DNA of 64,000 bases from the human T2T-CHM13v2.0 reference genome, Homo sapiens. Positions 42,456-56,719 of the stretch are shown here, in pieces. The notes below the pieces were generated by a model. That model saw nothing but the letters and a program-made list of their open reading frames with translations. It ran no database searches and was not told where the DNA came from. Numbering within the stretch: position 1 is the stretch's first letter; each line of letters opens with the position of its first letter. The position numbers were made by a program, and so were the translations under genes. The DNA is taken from the NCBI RefSeq assembly GCF_009914755.1, contig NC_060936.1; one strand, given 5' to 3'.

Positions 42456-42820
42456 GCCTAAATCATCATAGAACTGCAGGAAATCCAACACTGGTGGATA
42501 ATAATAGTACCTTTATATTAATGAGCCTCTTTTTAATTGAATTGTAAGATGCTTGCAAGTGAAGAGGGTAAAGGTGCTGGGTGTACTTATTTTCCTTTGT
42601 TATTTGTTTATATGACTATCTTCACCCAGAAGCATAATGAGAGCTCAAATAAACCAGTGTGCTGCTCTTCCTAAAATAGTTAGGGCCTTCAAAACTAATA
42701 TAGTCATTCAAAATTACTTAATTGAGCACCAATATATGCCAGGCACTGTCCTGGGTGCTAGGAAAACAATAGTGAATGAAAGAAACAAATTAACCTCAAG
42801 AAGCTTACCTTTCAGGATTG

Positions 42821-43191
42821 TGTCTTAGGACAAGCTCCATGTAAGGAGAATCTGAGATGTGGATTCTTGTATATGTGATGCAATGGCAAAGTGCTCTCAG
42901 GAGGAGGGGAATGGGGAAGAAGGACAAGGCAAAACATAAAAAAAAACCTAAACAAGAATATGGACTTAGCTTCAGACTACCGTCAAATTGATCCCATGGA
43001 GAAAATCTGAAGTAGAAACTGTACCACAGTTAGCTGTACTCTGAGGCAAGGGGGCTGGACTTTTGTACTCCTGTCCCTCACTGGAGAGGCACCTCCTATT
43101 TGGCCTGAGGGTAATGCTTCCAAGGGAGACAGGAACATTCCTGAGTGGTCATTAGAGAGATCTGGGCATAAAACTAACATCATCCACTACA
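42821..43191 (-). mobile_element. LTR16C-like ERVL solo LTR nested in an antisense L2 (about 42700-43590)
   Basis: Motifs tgtcttagg...agtgctctcagga...tgatcccatgg...gaggcaagggggc...catccactaca. Confidence 0.7.
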
Positions 43192-45518
43192 GAAGGGTGA
43201 CAAATAATAAATATAAATATTAAACATTTTTAATATGTCAGGTAGTGACATGGCTTTGTGGCTAGAGGAAGACAGAGAAAGATATAGGTAGAGGGATTGA
43301 TTACTCTTTTACATCAAGTGGCCAAGGAAGTCCTCTGTGATAATGTGAAATTTCAGAAGAGAACTGAGGAAACTGAGTCCCAGTCATTCAGTTATCTGAG
43401 GGAAGAGGAGTTTTAAATCAAGACAGAACTAGCCTTAGAATGTTCTAGAATGTGTGAGAAGTGGGATGTGGCTGAAGTGTTAAGGATGAGTGGAGAGGTA
43501 GAAACTGAAGCTAGATGAAAGGGGTCATGACAGATTACATAGGGCCTTGAAGAACATTGTAATGTGTTCAGCTTTTACCCTAAGAAACAAAAGCACCAAG
43601 TGCTACAAGTATGTGCATTATACTTGTAGAACCCAGACGGGCTCTCAAAAACCATCTGGTCTAACTTCTCAATTTTAGAGATTTGTACAGTGGAAAATCT
43701 CTTTGAAGATAAAAGACAAGGATAGAGTTCTAAAATGTATGGAAAGTGACTTCCCATTTAATACATTTGAAGAAAATGCTGCTATAAATATTTGAACAGT
43801 TTCTACAGATTATGTTCATTTGTTTAAGTCCTGAATCTTAATGTCATCCCATCAATGGCAAAACTGTGAGAGGATGAGAGACAGCTGGCTGATGCACAGA
43901 GGATGCATGCTCACTGTCTGACGTTGGCTTGGCATTTATTCTAGCTGTAATTTCAGCACGTTGGGAAAGGGAAATAGTGATAATAATTTCAAGCAAGTGA
44001 GCTGTATTTTCTTTACATGCAGTGGTCAGCTACTGCCAAGATGACTATAGCTCCATAAATTGTTATTTCCACCAAATCCAATGCAAAATATTTTATGTTT
44101 AAATTGACAAATAAAGAACAAAAAACTATTCTTGGAAGATAATCATTAAGTAGTTATAAAGCAATTTAAAAATAACATTGCATATGAATTCCCATTAACA
44201 ATAGTGGTATCTTGTGACTTCTATTAGTTTGAAAGAAATATTCCACTTCATGTTAGTACTGGACTTCATAGAAATATTTATTAGTGGGTTCAGCCCTCTG
44301 TTGTTGGTGTTGTTCAATGTATAGTAACTATACCCAATGTTTCTAATAATTCAAAAATATTTTTATGTTCCAATGCAAAGCCATATCTTGTTTTCTTGAA
44401 AGAGAATTTCTTACATTTCCAGCTCTACCTTAAATGGTCCATATCCTAGCTCTGATGTCAATTCTCCTATATGCAAGTTCTGATCTTAATTCTGCTTCCT
44501 GATTCTTTGCTATTAAAAAGTTCTCTGGGGTGATGATTACCCCTGACGGAGGAGATGTCCTTGAAACAGAAGCCTAATTTTCATCTCCTGTGTCATACTT
44601 CTTCTTCCTCCTTTTAAATATGTTGAACTACCAATGACATCAAAAAGAAATTTAAGCCAAAGTGAAGCATTTGGAGGAATTAAAAAGTTTTAACTGAACA
44701 TCTTTATATATCTTAGTTTAATTAAATCTATAATTAAAACAGCATTGAAGCATACATCTTAAAAAGATCACAGATGAAAAATTCAGTTATTTCCTGAAAT
44801 TTCAATAATATATACATATTCTAATATCTAGGTGAAACAAATACATTTCAAAATGTGTTGTTTAAGTTCACTGACCTTAAAAAAGCAACATATTGCTGAT
44901 AAATAACATCATGACATACTTAGCTTAATTTACATAAATAAGCTTTTAAAAATATATAGAATATTTCAGTGTAAGGGAACATTTATTCCATTTGCTTACA
45001 GTTAAAGAGTTATGTTTGTCTTATTAATAAATTATATCCATTCTATCTGTATTTAGAGTTAGTAAATTTACCTGTAAAATTGTGTCCATTCTATCTGCAT
45101 TTAGAGTTAGTAAATTTAAAAAAAAATGTAATTTAAACATAGTCTGGCATTCCCTACCTTAAGAGGTCAAGTGTAAATTCTTGTGAAATTACCTGTAATA
45201 TAATTGGTGAAGAAGCATGGCCTACATCTGCCCAGGTTTTAAATTTCAAATAAAAGCAACTCCCTAATTGTTACTCTCTTCTGTGCAGAAACACTTGCTC
45301 TCAACAGGATTCTTTAATTAGGAAAAGAAATGTTTCTGTAAAAGGCTCTTACTGATTATACAGTAAAATGCTTTGGGGGAAAAATTGCTTTAAATTACTG
45401 ACACTAAATACATTTGGATCTGCATGTCAAATGCACATACTAACTTCATTCTTGGATAGCCAAGAGCTACACACATAAGTGGACCTAAAATGGGTAGAAT
45501 ATAAAACTTCAGTTAGAA

Positions 45519-45968
45519 TGTCATCTGTCACTTTCCCTGGTTTCCCTGCACAGCACTTGTTTGCCCCTTTTGGTAAAGAGATCTCAACTTCTTTGGGATG
45601 CTACCTGTCTTCAATACACAATAGGACCACCAATTAAAGAACTGCACCCTTCTAGCCAAGGTATGGCCCTGTGACTCAAATTAGGCTGCCTCAATTCTCT
45701 GACCTGGGAGTAAATTTTGAACAGAGTTCCATGAAGGTGGAAAACAATTAGAGGTAATTCATCTTATGTACAAACACCTTATCAATTGTCCCTTAGTTCC
45801 TGCTCAATCCTTGATCCCCATTTTTTTCTGGAATATAACTATTGGGTTTCCTTTTTGTGACTGAGCTGACTTGTATACACTTAATAAATTTTTTTTGTTT
45901 GTTTTTTTGGCTTTAGTTAGCCAGAATCAACTTTTGTTACTTACAACCAAAGATCCCTAACTAATAAC
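45519..45968 (+). mobile_element. LTR33-like ERVL LTR
   Basis: 3' end aataaatt...agttagccagaatc...acaaccaaagatccctaactaata. Confidence 0.6.
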
Positions 45969-46510
45969 AGCTCATAAAAATGATTAAATATTCCATGTTC
46001 AAAAGCATTTAAATTGAAATGTTTGAAATGTTTCTAATAACAAATCAGTTAAAATCGGCACATAAGATGAACTATAAATCTTAAGTTGGGAAGCACAGCA
46101 ACAGGCAGGCAGGTGATTATGAAATGGATGAATGATAGCGTCCTAGCTAAAAAAAAAAAAAAAGGTGGCCGTTTTTATTGCCTAGCTGCAGCTATCAGAA
46201 ACTACATTAATATTACAGAAAAGGGGAAGTGTAAAGCCTCTAGTGAAATGAAGAAAGGGGTGCAGAAAGGGCCAACTGTGGAGAATCTTTCATGTTGACC
46301 CCAGAGGTTTTCCTAGAAAAATTTCCCTGACCAATTTTCTTTAATGATGGTTCTACTCTCTAGGACTATATATTTTGCTTCGCATGTATTCTAAGCTTAT
46401 TGCATTCCTCAATGCATTTATAAACTCCAATTGGGAAGGGACTATGGTTACTATTTTTTCTATATCTGGTAGAGTGATTGTTCAGAAATTCTATTCCATT
46501 AACACCTAAT

Positions 46511-46557
46511 ACACACACACATAAACACACACACACACACACAAACATACACACACA
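46511..46557. repeat. Interrupted (CA)n microsatellite
   Basis: Directly visible. Confidence 0.92.
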
Positions 46558-49390
46558 TATGCATACATCTAGTGGCAATTTTATCTCTACAACTTCTCCC
46601 AGTGATTAGCTATCTGCTATTAAGACATGATTTCAAAAGAATTGGGGGTCTCACAAAGCATAAAGCTTATCCCCCCTCACCCCTGTTCCACCACCTACAC
46701 ATGCTAATTCAACCTGAGAGTGACTAAAAGTTTACGATGAGAAAAATATTATTTTTACTACAAGTCTTTTATAAAAGCAACTCAACCTTTTTTGTCATAA
46801 TTTCATGACAGAGCACTGATATCATAGCAGCCACACATTTTTTAGTCACATAAAACTGGCTTCATCTTTCACTGTTTGTTTGATCTGGGATAAAACAAGC
46901 ATTCTCTCTAAACATCTAGAAAAAACAAGGTAATAATAACATCAACCTCAGAAGGGTTTAGCAAGGATTTCAGTGAGATATAACAGTGTCTGATATATTA
47001 TAAGCACATAATAGATATTACTATTATTATTATTTAAAACAATGTGCTGTACAATCATAATATATCTGCAGTGGTGGTGTAGGACATTAGTTTAGATATC
47101 TGATTTCTAATTGTTATTAGTGTCCAGGAAAAAAAAATCAGTGTTTCATAGGACACTTTCCTCAGGGCATTTAGATCTAAAATAATATTTTTTATTGTAC
47201 AACTTCATACAGATGATGCAGTATATAAAGTAGATATAACCTAGGAGTATTCAATGTGACTCATTCCTCAGTCTTCCCCAAGCCCCACGTTTCTCCCAGC
47301 CAAGATTAATCTTAACAAAAAAATCAAGTAGTCACATACCTTGCCATAATATTAGAAGACAGTGTATGACAATCATCATTAAGAACTTGATGTCAAATAT
47401 ATCAACTTGTCTCTGACAGATTTTTCTCTAAATGAGATTTACTGTCCATCAAGTCATATATTTATGATCTTAAATGTACTTATTACTAGTATCTTATCCC
47501 CAAATCTAAATAGGCTAGATCTGACATTGACCTTTATTAAAATTACAGGTAGTTATGCTTTTGTAGTTTCTCCCTAAAATTTAAAAAGTAATTTCTCCTT
47601 AATCAACAAAGGTTTGTCTGACATCTTAGAACCCCAGGAGAGATAGGAGATAGGAACACTATCTCAATTCCATATTAAGCTTCAATTTCCCACAGCAAAA
47701 TCCCTTGAGGAATAGTTCCTGTATTTTCCTCCCTTTGCCTTCTGGAATGCAAATCAGGACGCTACCTCAGGCAGGTTCCAGTTCCTACGAAGGAAGTTTT
47801 ATATTATCAAAATATTAAATTTATGTTCCAAATCACCTCATTTCAACTCTCCTAAGGACAACTCCTCTTCTGAAAAAAAACAAAACAAAAACAGTTCAAG
47901 GGATGTTTATGTAAGCACGCTGTGCTACCTTCATACAATATGATTTTTATTCAAAATTTCTCTTCTGAAGATTCATGAGGATGCATTTTGCAAAGTATAA
48001 AAGATATTAATTACCTGTTCAACTTGTCAGGTTCAGAAAATACATGAATAACACATCAATTAGCAATATATAACACCAAAGAACAGGACATAACCTAAGA
48101 ATTTAACCTCCTATGATCTGCCTAGCTTCAATTTAAAGTCTAAAGGCACAAGTGCACATATTAAAGCATATAAGCAAATATATTCAGAAACCTAGTGTTA
48201 AGAATATTCTGTGTTTTTACCTTGCTGCTTCATATTTCTCTGCTCTACTAACTGCATGCAAACCCTTTAAAACCTATAATTAATATCTCAAAATGCTAAC
48301 TAGTTCACTGCACTCTTCCTGCCTGTATTTAAATATAAAAGATAAAGGGGACACAGTTTGCCAGTCTACAGAAAATGCACAGCCAACCTGCACAAGCTGC
48401 CACATAATTTATGGTGAGGATTAAATGAAATGATATATGACACATATACAATTAGTTCAGACACAGACAGCTGAAAGAATGTTAATAAGTCAAAAGTCAA
48501 TGAACTTTCTTAAGATTCATGAAAACAATGACCAAATATGTAACTCTGTAAAAACTATCCATACTGTGGTTTGGGGGGAAATAAATGAAATGCATTCTTA
48601 GCTGTCATTATAGTCACCTATTCTGTCATTGGTATTTTAATTCTAACACACTTCCCAGGTGTCCATGAAAAGAATTACACTTCTTTCATAAAAAACGATG
48701 TCATCACTTTATAGAACACAATTATCTATACACATTGAAAAGCTTCCAGTTGAGTTTATTAAATTCTTGCAAACACAACTATTGTAATGCAAATTAGAGA
48801 ATATAAAGACACTCTAGAATTTCTGTCTACAAAGCAAGCTCACTGAGAAAACTCTGCATATTATAATGGGATAATTCCCCTTTAAGTTGCTTTATATCTG
48901 AAAGCATAAATCAGAGGGTAAAATTAAGATACATTTTTCCTTCATGACTGTAAATAAAATAAATTGTAAATGGTATTATCTGTTAATTTTATCTAAATTA
49001 TCAGCTAAAATGTTTGAGATTGAAGTACATTTTGGGATATTTCAAAATATTATTACTTCACTCATTTCAAATAATCAAGCTATCTACAAATATAAGAAAA
49101 GTGAAACAGGGAAAGGTGACTGTTTCATAAGAGAATATTCCCAATCATCTTTTGGCTTGGTTACAATGCTCTATCTCTAAATGTGAATAATCTTAAGAAA
49201 CAATGTTAGAGGATTTATAGGATATCTTCTTTTAAAAGGCCATATTTGACATTGTTAATAGTGATTGTTAATCGTTCTACATAAAGTTTCCAAATAACAT
49301 TGTGTTATGCCTGACTGATAATGTAAAAGCTCTATAATTATAAGCAATGACAAGATGTTATTAAATTGCTTATGTAATTTTGAGCCTTCT

Positions 49391-50183
49391 ATTTATTTAT
49401 TTATCATTTTTATAAATTTAGGGGGTACAAATGCAGTTTTCTTACATGAATACATTGTTTCATGGTGAAGTCTGTGCTTTTAGTGTAACCACAACCCAAA
49501 TAATGCACATTGTACCCATTAGGTAACTTTTCATCCCTCAACCCCCTCCCACTCTCTCACCTTTCTGAGTCTCCAGTGTTTATTATTTCACTCTCTTATG
49601 TCCACATGTATGCATTATTTAGCTCCCAATTATAATTGAGAACATTCGACTTTCTTTTTTGAGTTATTTCACCTAATTTAAGACAATGGCCTCCAGTTCT
49701 ATCCTTGTTGCTGCAAAAGACATGATTTCATCCTTTTTTTATGACTAAGCAGTATCCCATGATATGTATATATACCACATTTTTGTTTACCCAGTCATCT
49801 ATTGATGGGCACTTAGATTCATTCCATATCTCTGCTATAGTGAATAGTGCTGCAATAAACATAAGGGGGAAGGTGTTTTTTGATATAATGATTTCTGTTC
49901 CTTTGGGTAGATAGCCAGTGGTGGGATTGCTGGATCCAATAGTAGTTCTATTTTTAGTTCTTTGAGCAATCTCCATACTGTTTCCTACAGAAATTGTACT
50001 AATTTACATTCCCATGAACAGTGTATAATAGGTCCTTTTTCTCCACACCCTCATCAGCGTCTGTTATTTTTTGACTTTTAATTATAGCCATTCTAACCGG
50101 TTTAAGGTGGTATCTCATTGTGATTTTAATTTGCATTTCTCTGATGATTAGTGATGTTGAACATTTTTTCATACACATGTTGC
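49391..50183 (-). mobile_element. L1PB-type 3' end (5'-truncated, about 0.8 kb)
   Basis: (TATT)n tail, ggggtacaaatgcagtttt...ggtgaagtct, and an ORF2 C-terminal remnant (FIAALFTIA in the ORF at 49728-49976). Confidence 0.85.
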
Positions 50184-50229
50184 AAATTGCCTATATAATT
50201 AATTCAGCTTTTTTTCAGTTATGTCAGAT

Positions 50230-50930
50230 CAAGGGAACAAAAATAATATCATAATTTAGAAAAACTTACATAATAAGATTAGGTCTACATAATCTATATA
50301 TTAAATTCCATACAATGAGTAAGTTTTTTTCCCCAAACTCCCTTAGAAAATACATACATTTTACCATAATAGAAGACACATCAAGAAACAATTTAAAAAT
50401 TGGAGCCAATAGAGACCACAGTTTCTGATCACAGTGCATTAAAGATAACACTAATAAATTTAGAAAAGAAACAAAACATATTCCCATCAGTAGGAAAGGA
50501 AAAACAATTAATCAATTGTTTAGTTCTTTTAAACTGCAGAATATTAATACACTGCCTATCCGAACCTATTAGAAGGAAACCAAAGAGTTCTCAGGAAAAA
50601 ATTAGGGTCTTAAAATCCATGTTAATGAAGAAGAAAAATTTAAAATAAATGAGTTAAACATCTAACTCATAAAGTTAGAAAAAATATATAAACTTAGAGA
50701 AAGTAGAATAAAGTATTTTAAAATGATAAAAATATAAATTGATAAATAAGAAAACATACATTGTAGAGATGATAAAGGAAATAAAAGTAAGTTGAAAGAA
50801 ACAAGCACAGACAACCCTTTGAATAATCTAATCAAGAAATAAGGGGGAGGAGAAAGAATGGAAGCATAAAGTAAAAAAGAAAAATGACAATAGGTAAATA
50901 ATAGATACCATAAAAACCTTAAGAGGACCT
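50230..50930 (+). mobile_element. Ancient L1M ORF2 (endonuclease end) fragment
   Basis: A-rich, with tctgatcacagtgcattaaa (the SDH motif region). Confidence 0.6.
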
Positions 50931-50999
50931 AGAGTGCTTTCCAGTAATCAATACTATAAAAAACCTTAAGAGGACCTAGAGTGCTTTCCAGTAATCATA

Positions 51000-51585
51000 C
51001 TCTATACCCTAATCATATTTTCTTTCACTCTCTTAGGAAACTATTTCACCTCTTCTAGACTCAAACTTCCAAGTCCTCTCTCATATTCACTTTCAATGGA
51101 TGCCCTTGCTCCCTACTTCACTGAAGAAATTGAGTCAACCAGAAGAGAACTTCCACCAACTCCCCAATCACATCTTCCCACCTATTACCATCTCTACTGA
51201 TATCCTATAACATCTCATTAACTATCATCGAAAAAATAATGTATTTTTCTACTAAAGCCATTCCATACTTTTCCTCTAAAACTACTCGAAGACAGTACTC
51301 CAGGAAGTCCCATCCCTCTCTCATAAATCACAAATGTATGGTTCTCAAATAGATTATTTCTATCAGCATATGTCCTTGAAAACATCCTGATATCTGTCTG
51401 GAGGAAAAGAAAACTTTCTTTCTCTTAACCCCACTTTACTCATCAGCTACCACCTGTTCATCTCTTCCCATTTTTAGTAAAATTCCTTGAAACAACCCTT
51501 TATACTTGAAATCTTTTCTCCTACTCCTCTTCTTTTAAAGTCACTGAAACCTGGATTTTGTCCACCTTGAGCTACTGAAAACTTG
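51000..51585 (+). mobile_element. L2 fragment
   Basis: Motif ccttgctccctacttcactgaagaaattgag...agagaacttcc. Confidence 0.6.
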
Positions 51586-51804
51586 CAGAAAGAGGGTAAT
51601 ATGCTAGACCCTGTATAAGTTTGGGAATGTTCATAGTTGAGTTAGACACCAGCTTTGCTTCTGAGAAGTTTCTAATGTAAAACAGTAATCACCTTCCCTA
51701 GAATTACAAACAATTCAAATCAACAGAGAAACTACCACTAAGTACCAAAACAAAACAAAACAACCCACAGATGGCCCATGTATTGCTATTCGCTCAAAAA
51801 AGAT

Positions 51805-52181
51805 TATATGGCCTGCCTCTTATTGTGTGAACTGTAGTATCTGCATCTGGGGTAAGTGAGCTTTCCACACCATTGCCTTTAAGCTTAGCTTTGGCCAACA
51901 GAATGTAAGTAGAAGTACTGCTGTGATGCAACAAAATCCCTGAGAACCATTGAATGACCTGCCAATTGCTCTTTTTAGTTCCTACTGCTTCAAGAATGGC
52001 ATGTCTCTGATTGAAGCTACTTTTTAGCTGGGTCTTAGAATAAAGAAGACATGTGGGACAGAGCCAAAGCCAAGGTGGCCAATATGGTGCAAAAAGGAGA
52101 AACAAATCTTTTTTGTTGCAAACCACAGAGATTTGGCTTTTGTTGTTATGGCAACATATTCTAGCAAAAGCTAATTGATGC
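51805..52181 (+). mobile_element. MLT1I/J-like MaLR LTR
   Basis: Motifs gctttggccaacagaatgtaagtagaagt...ccacagagatttgg...tgttgttat. Confidence 0.65.
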
Positions 52182-52589
52182 AGCCCAATTTAATGGTGCC
52201 TGAAAAGCATTAGGCCAAGGAATTCTGGGTTCCTTCCATACATTTCAGACCATGTCATATCAAATCAAAATAATGCTATTTTTCTCCATCACAAGCTTAT
52301 TTATATAACTAAAGGTTCATGAGCACCTTCTGAATTCATAGTACTAGGAGTCAGAAATAAATTCTTTTCAATTGTATTTAACTTTCTATTGGCTCATTTA
52401 GCTCTTCTGTTCGCCACTTCTTGGCTGTTTCGAACATTAATTTACAAAAGACAGTTTTTCACTAACCATCAAAAGAAGAAAACTTAGAATGATAGAAAAG
52501 TAATATAATTTCATTGCCATTTAATCCTATTAACATAGTTCAAGTATTTCTCCTTGTTTCTATGCTGTTTCTTTGGGGATCTCTACTTT

Positions 52590-52735
52590 TGCTACTCAAA
52601 TAGTCAAACAGAGGCATCTGAGAGCTTGTTAAAAATGAAGGCTCCAAGGCCCCACCCAAGACCTACTGAAACAGAATCTGCATTTTAACAAAGTCTCCAG
52701 CTGAGATGCACATTAACATTTGAGAGGCTGTGGTT
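52590..52735. mobile_element. MER5A/B MITE
   Basis: Motif ggccccacccaagacctactgaaacagaatctgcattttaacaa. Confidence 0.8.
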
Positions 52736-54606
52736 TATAAAAAAACAAGTTCTCCTTTTTACTAGATGTTCTTTTTCATAGATCTGGAGTAGTTAACAGC
52801 CAGGATCATTTTTTCTTTTTATGAAACTTTCAGGTGATCCTGATGTAAGAGATTTATATAATACATTTTGAGAAAAATCAATTTAGGCTTAGCTGAGTAT
52901 GTCTGAATCTCCAGTTTTGACACTTAGTACTAGTTGCATGGCTCTGTGAAAACTACTTCTCCAAAATTCATTTCTTCCATCCATGGTGAAGTTACTACCT
53001 ATTTCTATTTCACGGGTTTATAAGGTTCTATCAGATAGTGTACAAAATATCTCACTGTTAACTGCAAAGGAGACTAAAACAAATGCAAAGTTGAAACATA
53101 TTAGGAACATAATAAAATGTGTTGATTAATATGATGAATGTGTAAATGAATACTATTCAACTCTAATGCAATAAGAAGAAATAACACAAAGGAATGATAT
53201 TAGGTTATGGGAAAATACTGCCAAAGGCTGACACAGTCTCTGCTGGTTTGGACTATTGCCTTCACTTTTGGTTGTTTGTTGTTTGTATTTGATATCTCTC
53301 CACCAAGTCCAAGAGCAAAAAGGCTAAGAATGGTTGAGAGTATCTTTTCTTATAGGGCTATTTAAAATAGTCATGACTTTCAATCACATAAACATAATAT
53401 TAAAAATGTCAATGGCAAAAAATAATTCAATATAAACACAAAGTAAAAATCTTCCTTCCCCAAACATCTTTATGCTCAGTCTCACTCCCCACTTTCAATC
53501 ATTTATGTTTCCAGGTTTTCTGTTATTTTCCACTACAGCATAATTTTAAATAGTGCAAGATGAGAAAATTAGTACAACTATACTTCCTTCTACTTGCTAT
53601 CCCCCTCTCCTTCTCTCAGCTTCTATTATCTAAATTTTAATAAAAACTATAGTTTGTTCTGTAACTATATCTAGATTTTCCTTGTATTTCCTATAGATTA
53701 CAATTTTTAAAAATAAGAACATTTAAAATGTTATAAAATTACTGTTGTTTTGCAGAACCAAGAAAAAATATTGAACAAACGCAGAAGACAGATTTCCTTG
53801 CCATTAAAACTGCTTTTTAGTAAAGCAGTTGAATTTGATAACCCAGAAAAAGAATTCTAAGGTGACTACCAGAAAAAGAGTAAACTTATTTCAAAACATT
53901 CTGACCTATTTAACAAAATTCAGCAATGTGATAGATGGTATTGAGAGATAGGTGGACAGATGGGTAAATGGGATGGAGGAAGAAAGGACATTTTTAAGGA
54001 AATTCTCAACTCATCTATCTGTAGTCAACTCTGAAAAGATAATAAAACCACATATTTATACCAAAAGAACGTACAATTATGGGCTACATATATGTAAACA
54101 TCAAGACACTTTCATTACGAAATATCAAAATTGTTTTGGAAGTGAATGGACCCTTGACCAAAAAACTGTTAATAATTTTATTAACTTAAATAAGTATTAC
54201 AATAAAAAATTAGGAATAGAAACAAAAGATCTGTTTTTTTATAGGGTCCAAATAGTGTTATATCTACATTTTTAGAATGACTACATTAGCATTTTCATCA
54301 CTGAACTTGAATAAATGGACTCATTTAAATAATTAGCACTTAGAAGGCACACTAACCATGGTCACACAGAAAAATTTCATAAATGATAAAACATTCAAGA
54401 AATCGGGATTTATTTTTAGAGCAAGTCCTCTGGATACTTTTGAAATGCATCAAGCCCTAGTGACAACGTTGGACATACTGAAAACAATTGTCTTTCTGTA
54501 TCCTACACTGTACTTTGCAGTGAATTCCTGACTTTGATATTGTGAATAGTTTCAGATATGCAGCACATACTTTATTATTGGAGATATTTTTAAAAGTAGC
54601 CTCAAG

Positions 54607-55216
54607 TGCGGTAAACAGAACAGCCCCCCAAGGATATCTACTCAGTAATCTGTGGAACCTGTGAATATGTTACATACATAGCAAATGGAACTTTGCAAAT
54701 ATAATTAAGGTTACGGAATTTAAAATAGGAAGAATATCCTGGATTATGGGTCTAATCACCTGAGGCCTTAAAAGTAGCAACATTTCTCCAGCTGGAGTCT
54801 CAGAGCTGCAGCAGAAGGAAAAGTAAGGAGATCTGAAGCAAGGGAAGGAACTGATCAGACCATTGTTGGTTTGAAGACAGATGGGGAAAAATTAGGATGA
54901 ATGCAGCCCACTTAAGGTATTGAAAAGTTGCCCACCATAGCCAGTAAGAAAGCTGGGACTTCAGTTCCACAACCGCAAGGATTGAATTCAGCCAACAAGT
55001 GGAATGAGCTTGGAAAGGGATTTGTCCCCAGAACTGTCAGAAAAGAATGTAGCCTTTGCTGACACCTTAATTTTAGCTCTGTGAGAGTCTAAGCAAAAGA
55101 CCCAGTTGGCTCAAGGTCTACCTGAACTTCTGACCCACAGAATTGTGAGATAATAAATGTGTTAAGCCACTAAATTTGTGATCACGTGTTACAGCAGCAA
55201 AAGGAAAACTAATACC
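54607..55216 (+). mobile_element. MLT1E-like MaLR solo LTR
   Basis: About 610 bp, with ggaacctgtgaatatgttac...atcctggattat...aaactaatac. Confidence 0.82.
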
Positions 55217-55345
55217 ATATGTTCCTTTCCTCCTTTGCATAGAGAAAGTTCTACACATTATGCTCCTATTTTGAATATACCCATTTTCCATGATAAATTG
55301 AGCCTGGCTAAATTAAATGAATATTAAGAACTATTCAAATCCAAG

Positions 55346-55711
55346 TGTATTAGTCTGCTCTCATACTGATATGAAGAAATATCTGAATCTGGGTAATTTA
55401 CAAAGGAAAGAAGTTTAAATGACTCACAGTTCCACATTGCTGGGGAGGCCTCAGGAAATTTACTATCATGGCGGAAGGCAAAAGAGAAGCAGGTAACTTC
55501 TTCACAGGTGGCAGGACAGAGTGAGGGCAAGCAGGGGAAATGCCAGATGCTTATGAAACCATCAGATCTCATGAGAACTCTCTCATTATGACAAGAACAG
55601 CATGGGGGAAACCACTCCCATGATCCAATTACCTCAACCTGGTCCCACCCTTGACATGTGGGGATTATTGGGATTATAATTTGAGGTGAGATTTGGGTGG
55701 GGACACAGAGC
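55346..55711 (-). mobile_element. THE1D-like MaLR solo LTR (terminal ~12 bp missing)
   Basis: Motifs tgtattagtc...ggggaggcctcaggaa...gagatttgggtggggacacagag. Confidence 0.88.
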
Positions 55712-56719
55712 TATTATTTCTGGTTTCACAAAACAAACACTTGGACCAGAATTTATTCTGTCCTCAAATGGAAAAGCAACTAACCTTGATATGTCTGCTA
55801 TATGTTAGATAACAAATTAGGAAATTTGTAAATAATATTTTATGTAAAGTTCACCATGTTCCAATTAAATGTTATTACCCTAAACCTGAGTTAATCTAAC
55901 TACAGGGTAATAGTTGTTTATATGAGAATTGGTCTAGAAGGCACGAAAAGTATAAATGAGTTCTTGTTATGACAAAAAAAAAACCTAGAAATTTCTGAGT
56001 TAGGTGCATTAGTACCCTTTATAAAGAATGAAGAATCCCTATTTAAAAAATGTAGTAGTTTTTGATTAAAACTGTTACATCTCTGTTGCTCCTGCCATCC
56101 TGGTACTGCTGCTCTTATTGCAACTGCCAGAGCTTCCACACACTAACATCACTTCCACTGCTACGCACTACCCTACTACAAGGCTCAGTTGAAACTCACA
56201 GCCTTGGTCTTCAGAAGCCCTGTTTTGGATGCTGTTCTATGGGTCCTACACTGGCTGTTCAAAATGCTTTGTTCTCTTTCATCCCATTTTCTTCTTTTCT
56301 TGTCTGAACTCAGCAGTTAAAGGAAGGCTATATCTGGTCTGTCTGGAGAGATTGAGATGGAAATGTAACTTTCCAGTGTTTTTTCCATTTCTGCACATAA
56401 CAGTGTGAAATACCTGAATCTGAAGGTTTAGCACTTTTTTTGTAATTTCTCTTGGCTATGAATGTGGGTCTCATTTACTTTTCAAAAATAAAGATTTGAG
56501 ACACAGGGAGGTTCAGTGGGTTAAGGTAACTTGAAACCCAAACTTCAAACATTGCGAGCAAATGCATTTTCTGTCTCAAGTTTCACAAAAGAGCCTTACT
56601 GTGCTTATATCTCACCATAAAAATCTAAACATTTGCTTTTAAAGACACTTCAGTTAATTAAAAATATATAAGGTTGAAATAGTATTAAAAGTGATATATC
56701 ATTATATGAGTATATCAAT

